This document shows, piece by piece, positions 56,269 through 64,000 of a stretch of 64,000 nt of DNA. A model generated the notes under the pieces. That model saw nothing but the letters and a program-made list of their open reading frames with translations, was not told where the DNA came from and made no database searches. The position numbers were made by a program, and so were the translations under genes. This DNA comes from Octopus vulgaris (lineage: Eukaryota), in NCBI GenBank assembly GCA_951406725.2, contig OX597824.1:82212001-82276000 (forward strand), given 5' to 3'. Within the stretch, counting starts at the first letter, position 1, and each line of letters starts with the position of its first letter.

Positions 56269-57160
56269 AAACTCGATTGGGTAGCCATACTCCAAGTAGT
56301 ATATTTCTTTTAAAATTAAGTAAAGACGACAGTTTTTCGTTATCAGCACAGCAATATAAATTATCTGTGCAGTGTGTCATAGTCACATGTATTCAGTCAC
56401 ACATTAACAGCTTTGGATTCTACCATCTTGTTTAATGATAATTCAAACGGCGAAAGGAACTTTGTTCATATTTGTTATCTGTGAAACTACTTCAAACGTC
56501 AGAGGGGATTCGTTGGTGTTTGCTATCTGTGAAAGTTCAAAATTAGTTTTCTTATCTTGCATTGATTACACAATTGGGTATCTTTTGTGCCATTTTTCTT
56601 CTCTCGCAATCAGGCAAGGTCTGCTCCTTAATCTGGAGCACCATGAATCTGATCCTCTAAAATCATTGATGACATTCTTCAGTGTTATTAGTCAATAAAC
56701 TATGACTATGACACACTGCACAGATAATTTATATTGCTGTGCTGATAACGAAAAACTGTCGTCTTTACTTAATTTTAAAAGAAAGATACTACTTGGAGTA
56801 TGACTACCCAATCGAGTTTAGGATCATGTCAATTTGAAGGATTGGACAGGTGATAGAGGAATGAAATCGTGTGCAAAGTATTGTCCATGTGTTCCAGTAG
56901 GTTATTAAAGAAACCTACCCTTAATAGATTGTGACCTATTTCGAGTAAATAGTCTTGCGGTTGCTAGAAACGAAATGGGACAAATGAAGATTCGGTTGAC
57001 TCTTACTGTAGAAGGTCTAAACCAGCTACTTGCTACTTTTAGGTGGTTTCAATGAAGAAACCATTGGAAATATTGATTAGGAAGTGGTAAAACAAAATGG
57101 CTGCGGGCTTCATATTTTGAAATGGCACCACTGTGAAGAGGGAACAGGCCTAGTGTAATA
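56269..57160. pseudogene. Rearranged pogo/Tigger-family DDE transposase relic
   Basis: Minus 56386-56700: DFRGSDSWCSRL...FELSQIANTNESPLTF; plus from 56703: THCTDNLYCCADNEKLSSLLNFKRK...LKKPTL...EGLTSYL, matching the pogo motifs NMDEVPLTFD, CCADGTKLPP.IFKRK and GGLTSQLQPLD. Confidence 0.7.
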
Positions 57161-57436
57161 CACGTGCGTAATTGAGGGAAATTTCGTGCGAAGCTGTAAA
57201 AGAAGAGGTAGTTAATGAATAGTTGAAAACGTTGTAGTATTACTAATACTAGTGATGGTACTGGGGACAACTTTTTGTTTAACAAAATAAAGATAGTCCA
57301 GATCATATTGTAAAAAATTCCGTGACCAAGAGAAAATTACTCATCCATCAGTGAAAATATGTTTTAAGGGACATAAGGATGTTGGTTTATCTGGTGGTTC
57401 TAGGATGATGATTTCCTATAGGATACGAGACGACAT

Positions 57437-57744
57437 GCCACAGACGTCTTGCCAAAACCATTTTGACACAACCGTCTTGACAGAGCCATCTTGCCACAGC
57501 CTTCTTGTCACAGCCGTCTTGTCACAACCGTCTTGCCACAACCGTCTTTCCATAGCCGTCTTGCCACAGCCCTCTTGCCATAGCCCTCTTGCCATAGCCG
57601 TCTTGCCATAGCCGATTTGCCACAGCCGTCTTGCCACAACCGTTTTGCCATAGCTATCTTGCCACAGCTGTCTTGCCACAATCGTTTTGCCGCAGCCGTC
57701 TTACCACAGCCGTACTGCCGCAGCCGCCTTGTCACAGCCGTCTC
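57437..57744 (+). repeat. Minisatellite, 14-bp unit gccacagccgtctt, 22 copies
   Basis: Strict 14-bp register with substitutions only. Confidence 0.93.
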
Positions 57745-58508
57745 CACCCCGATTGTTTAGTGTCACTGATTCGACGCTGACTTATTTGACATCAGGCGTT
57801 TTAAGGTCTCACCCGTTTTAATGCTTATTTCATTCTTTCTCTTCCACTCATCCCTCTCTTCTCTCTCTCTCGCTCTCATTCTCCCTCTCTCTTCACATTA
57901 CGCCAACTCTCTCTCTTTATGAGAGTGAATATCTAGCTCTATTTTATCAATGTGTAATGTCTTGCTCTCTTTCTTCTCTATATACCTATGTATACATATC
58001 TACGTGTGTGTGTGTTTCCCTCAAGTGCCAAAACGTACTATCATCAAAAACAAATTCAATGACCAACCGTTTCACTCCCTTTGCTATATTCGCCAGAAGA
58101 TGATTAATAAAACTACATACATACATACATACATACATATGAAACTGCTGCGTACGAAGTAGCTTATACTATTCAATAAAATTTCAGTTTCTATTCAAGA
58201 ATGTATTCAATTTTATTCCTGTTGCATGCTGTGTTATTTATATTAGCGAAATATTTGCTATATCTGCTTCTATTGTATTCCTTCACATTTATCGTACGTT
58301 GCTGATAGCTTTGTACAATATTTCAAAGATATATTTCCTTTGTCTGCGTCTATCATTATTCTCTGATATCAATGTTTGATGGGTTTTATTATTTTTTTTT
58401 TTACTTTTTGTTTAGTTAATCTAATATATTTTCTTTTCCAGGTTAGTATACTGCGATATTGTATATGACTTCGAAGTTAGCATACTGTTATATATATATA
58501 TATGTATA

Positions 58509-58564
<56 letters not shown>

Positions 58565-58596
58565 TAGATAGATAGATAGATATTAAATGAATATAT

Positions 58597-58641
<45 letters not shown>

Positions 58642-58655
58642 TAGATAGTTTAAAT

Positions 58656-58699
<44 letters not shown>

Positions 58700-58870
58700 G
58701 CATGTATGTATGTATATATATATGTATGTATGTATGTATGCATGTATGTATGTATGTATATATATAATTCTGTATTTAAAATCATTTTAAAATCGTTTCC
58801 ATACACTGTATAATGATGTATTTTAATTTTTTCCCTCCAAAATATCTTTGTAAATAGCAGGTGCGCATGT

Positions 58871-58914
<44 letters not shown>

Positions 58915-59096
58915 ACGCGCACGTATGTGTACATATGCGTGTGTGTGTGTGTGTGTTTTAGACATTAGAAATAAGAATCGAGAATTATGCATCCTCAAAA
59001 GCCTATTCATTACAGCGGAACTCCAGCATGGCCGCAGCTAAATGAATAAAACAAGTAAAATAAGAGAATATATACATAGAAAATGCCAAGTGTTTT

Positions 59097-59400
59097 ACTC
59101 AGTGGTAAGAGCGTCAAGATTACGACCGTGAGGTTGGGAGTTCGAATCCTGGACCGGGCTGCGTGTTGTATTCTTGAGCAAGACAGTTTAGTTCGCGTTG
59201 TTGCAGTTCACTCAGCTGTAGAAATGAGTTGGTGTATTGCTCTTTGCCTTTTCATTGGATGATATCGGCGGCACGGAAAGGGGAGTTTGGTATGCACAGG
59301 CGACTGTAGGCCTTCCATTAACAACCTTGCCCGGACTTGTGCCCGGAGGGTAACTTTCTAGGTGCAATTCCATGGTTGTTCGTGACCGAAGGGGGTCACC
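59097..59400 (+). mobile_element. SINE family D
   Basis: Homologous to 50176-50505. Confidence 0.85.
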
Positions 59401-59403
59401 GCA

Positions 59404-59567
<164 letters not shown>

Positions 59568-59581
59568 GATAGATAGATAGA

Positions 59582-59732
59582 TATGATTGTTTATTAGCCA
59601 CACAGGGCTGCACACAGACGGGACAAATTACAAGGTAGAGCTTTTCTTTTGGGGGATAAAAAAGGGGGTTTAGTTTTCGATCAAAAGGGATCGTAAAAGG
59701 AAAGAAAGAGGAAAGAAAACAAAAAAGGGGGG
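59582..59732 (-). mobile_element. Tx1-like LINE 3' UTR fragment inside (GATA)n
   Basis: Homologous to the reverse complement of 61135-61300. Confidence 0.85.
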
Positions 59733-59794
<62 letters not shown>

Positions 59795-60343
59795 TGTGTA
59801 TACATACACCCACGTATGTATAAATATAGCATGCACATGTGTGATATATGTGTGTGTGTGCGATATATGCGATATGAGGGTGTGTGCACATACAGTATAT
59901 ATGTATGCATGTGCACACAATCATACATACATATATACATGTATACATACATGTATGTATGTGCATACGTACATGTATGTATGTTCATACATACATAAGA
60001 ATGTATGTATGTATGTATGTATGTATGTATGCACCTGCACACACATACACATGACACGCATATAGTTTATACGTCTACATGTGTAATATATACATATAGA
60101 TAGGTACACATATATACATGCACGCAATGTGTGTGTGTGTGTGTGTGAATCCTGATTTTTACTTTGTGTGTTACTATTAATAAAGACACGATTTCGAGTT
60201 CAAAAGCATTCATTAAGGATTTTTCTGATTTCTTTAATAAAAAATGTTAAGCTTCATCGCCGAGTCTTTAATTAATAACTGACAACGCGGAACAAAATAC
60301 CGACCAAGAATCAGGACAAGTCAAATATATCATTATATCTCTC

Positions 60344-60445
<102 letters not shown>

Positions 60446-60490
60446 CATCTATCTGTCTATCTATCTATCTACCTATCTATCTATCTATCC

Positions 60491-61300
60491 ATGGTCAGAG
60501 CGACGAAACCGTTCTGCACGCACTCGTTCAGTGCCCAACAATTTCCGACCTGTGGGCTTATGTCGAACAACTGCTGTCACGTGTGGGACGAGTCGGTTTA
60601 TCAGCTGAGTCTATCGTCAATATTGTCACGCCTCCTTCCTTCAAACGGGAAGGAAGAGCTATTTTCATCATCCTTGTGGCTATGGCGAAAGAATGTATCT
60701 GGTGGACGCGTCTGAAAGGATTGGAGACAAACACTTTCCTCTCTGGTCAATCTCTCATCAACTTCTTCAAGTACCACTTGAAAAGGAAAGTGAGAGTAGA
60801 GAGGCAAGTTTTGTCTAGCGAATGTTTTAAAAATAGATGGGTGAATGTAGCAAGAATGGCACGTATGAATGACGAAGCCACCTTGAGCATAGTCCTATGA
60901 ACCCAGAAATCGAAAACAGAGAGTTGCTTATTTGCAAAAAAAAAAAAAAAAAAAGAAATATAAAATGTGACTTCATTGACCGAGGTTACCGTGGTCTTTT
61001 CCGTAGGCTTTTCTTTCCACGGGTAAACCTCACCTGTCCTCCCCTTTACACTTCATATTGACATTTCTGTGATAACGATCCCTATTGATCAATTTTTTTT
61101 TTTTTTTTTTTTTTCCTCTCCCCTTTTTTTTTTAACCCCCCTTTTTTTGTCCTCTTTCTCTCCTTTTACGATCCCTTTTGATCGAAACTCCCCCTTCCTT
61201 TTTTTTTTTTTTTTTTTTTTTTTTAAACCTTCAAAAGAAAAGCTCTACCTTGTAATTTGTTCTATCTGTGTGCAGCCCTGTGTGGCTAATAAAGAAACAT
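60491..61300 (+). mobile_element. Tx1/L1-clade LINE 3' fragment (ORF2 C-terminus plus T-rich 3' UTR) inside (ATCT)n
   Basis: ETVLHALVQCPTISDLWAYVEQLLSRVGRVGLSAES...IWWTRLK...FFKYHLKRKVRVERQ...* (stop at 60900); ends ccctgtgtggctaataaagaaacat. Confidence 0.88.
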
Positions 61301-61308
61301 ATCTATCC

Positions 61309-61361
<53 letters not shown>

Positions 61362-61416
61362 CCTATCTACCCATCTATCTATCTAGGTCTCTCTCTCTGT
61401 CTATCTATCTAGGTCT

Positions 61417-61473
<57 letters not shown>

Positions 61474-62378
61474 ACACACGTATACATTCATACATACATG
61501 GATAAACATACACTTGTATAAATATATGTTGTATATGCACATATGCATACATTCATATATACATGCATAAATACATACATATATATGTGTGTATATATAT
61601 ATGCACATATATACATGTATATATATATATATATATATACATGCACACAGACGCGCACAAACACACTCACACACTCACATCATATATATACATTCATACG
61701 TATGTTTATATGTATGTACTTACATTTATATATATGCATATATATTTGTATATGTGTGTGTGTATATATAAAATATGTATATATATGTACATGTACATAT
61801 ATATATGTGTGTGTGTGTATATATATATGTACATGTACATTTATATATATGTATAAATATATATATATATATATTTATAAAAAAGGAGTTTGAAAATGTT
61901 ACTATATAAGATAAATTTTAATTTTCTTATATATATATATATGTACATGTATATATATATATATATATTTGTGTGTGTATATATATATATATATATGTTT
62001 GTGTGTGCGTGTGTGTGTGTGCATGTATGTATATGTACATGTATGTAAGTACGTATGTATCTATGTATGTACATATGTGTGCATGTATGCGTGTGTGCAC
62101 TTTAAAATGTAGATCCGCATGCCAGCATTAGTATTTTTTTTTTTATCAAATGTATTTAGCATATAAGGAAAATCGTGTCAAGTGGCGAGGAAGGAGGTGA
62201 AGTGGGTAATGGTGAGAGCGACGTAGAAAGAACACGACGGAGTGTGTGAGAAAGGGGGAGTTAGAGCCAACCTTGACAGAGAAAGAGAGAGAGAGAGAAA
62301 GAGAGAGAGAGAAAGAGAGAGAGGGGCAGACAGAGGACAGGAGAAGGAATGTGTGTTTGTTTGGTTCGTGTAAATGAG

Positions 62379-62458
<80 letters not shown>

Positions 62459-63443
62459 GGAGAGATAGATAGATAAGCCGACAGACAGAAAGAGAAAGAG
62501 TGAGAAATAAGTCAGGGGCCGTGAGAAAAGAAAAGAAAACGAGAGATGTAAATTGAACGATAACAAAAGAAGATCTGTGTATAAAAAAGAGAAAAAAATA
62601 TGGCTTAGTTTTTTAAGAGTAAAATCTTTGCACATGCGCTCTGACGCAATAGACGGCAATATTTCATCAGATCTAAAAATAAATTCGATCCTAACGCTAA
62701 GTACGTGTCTCCTTTTAGCGAAAGTCTAGATTATTCTCGGCAAGGAAATGGTCACACTTTTTGAAAACTTCGTTTTTCCGCTCATTAATCATTTTCCCAA
62801 ATGTTATATGAGTGTTTTATGTTTTATTATATCTTTTGTTAGTCGGCCTTGTCTCTTTTTTTTTTTTTTTTTTTACTTTTGTTGTTTGCTATATGTATAA
62901 CCCAGATATATAATACATATAGATATATATATATACATGTTTTTTTTTCTCTCACACGTGTACACTGTAGACAAAGGAGCGTGTACTTTCTGATTGACTA
63001 GACGAGCTGGGGTAAGCACACGCCTTGGTCATAAAATAGCAGTCAATGTAAAAAACAATAATAATAACAGTAACAACGCCTCACTCGAGTACAATGTCAC
63101 GATCTCTTTTTTTGAAAGGGTGTATACAGCATATATGCAACTTTATAGACACTGTTTTTACCCAACCCGCAGATTAATGGAAACGTAAAACTGTGACCTT
63201 GGAATTTTATACGGGAGAGAGAAGGGGTATAGACAGGATCTGCATTCATGTAACAGGGGAAAGACGACAAGGATAGTCCTGACTATAAAAGTACCCGTTT
63301 GTATATTGAAGGTTATCTTATATTACAAAGAGAAAGGGGTTATGGTAGGGGTGACGATTAACTGTTCATTCATACAGAAAGTGTATCACAAATGGCTTTA
63401 CGGGACTTGTTGTAATGGGTGCATAGCCATATATATATTTATA

Positions 63444-64000
63444 TTGGGTTGTCCGTAAAGTTTGTGCCGATTTTTAAAGGAAAGAAAAATGTCAATAAAT
63501 ACTTGCCATTACATCTTTAATCAATCAATTAGGAACCATTTTGTTGCACAATGCGTCTCCATCTTTCCTTTAACTTGAAAATACCCTTTTTCCAGAATTG
63601 ATGTGGTTTCATGGCAAGGAATTCATCAATATATCTTTTTACGTCATCCAAGGAATTGAAATTTTTACAATTAAGACTATTCTGCAGAGACCTGAATAAG
63701 TGGAAATCCGAAGGAGCAATATCTGGTAAATATGGAGAGTGGGATAACACATCCCAGCCGAGCTGCAGCAATTTTTGCCTGGTTCCCAAAGCATCAAATG
63801 CCGAAAATGAACTTTCTTATCTTCCATTTTAAAGGGTTACAGAATTAACACAGGTTATAGGAACATAAATCTTCTCCCACGAAAACATAACTTAAACTGT
63901 GCTCTAAATGGAGGTGTAGTCAAATCCTATTTTATGAACTCAACCATGTTCTAAAACAAGTCGAAAGGTAAGCTACTATAAATCGGCACGAATATTCCGG
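63444..64000 (-). mobile_element. Internally deleted mariner element with both TIRs (second TIR runs off the window)
   Basis: ta|ttgggttgtccgtaaagtttgtgccgattt vs aaatcggcacgaatattccgg; N-terminus MEDKKVHFRHLMLW joined to the C-terminus ...GWDVLSHSPYLPDIAPSDFHLFRSLQN...LKERWRRIVQQNG. Confidence 0.92.

Overview
Repeat-saturated eukaryotic non-coding DNA (intronic or intergenic), most likely from an octopus or other coleoid cephalopod. This is inferred from the extreme (TA)/(CA)/(TAGA)/(TATG)/trinucleotide content, the tRNA-derived SINE families and a mollusc-type 5S fragment. I can support no intact host protein-coding gene; nearly all ORFs in the track are translations of microsatellites or SINEs. 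Contents: four tRNA-derived SINE families (labelled A-D here), a 5S rRNA-derived SINE-like element, Tx1/L1 and RTE LINE fragments, mariner, pogo/Tigger and hAT relics, a Helitron, a Helentron-type HINE, palindromic Penelope-like modules carrying hammerhead ribozyme motifs, minisatellites and several local inverted duplications. Most notable: (1) a SINE copy at 55.3 kb with a strand-specific A>G cluster in ADAR-like context, suggesting a hyper-edited RNA written back into the genome; (2) hammerhead-bearing foldback modules sitting in (TA)n tracts; (3) Tx1-like LINEs embedded in specific microsatellites, whose 3' end is shared with a SINE that occurs as TSD-flanked tandem multimers. All alignments and folds were done by eye.
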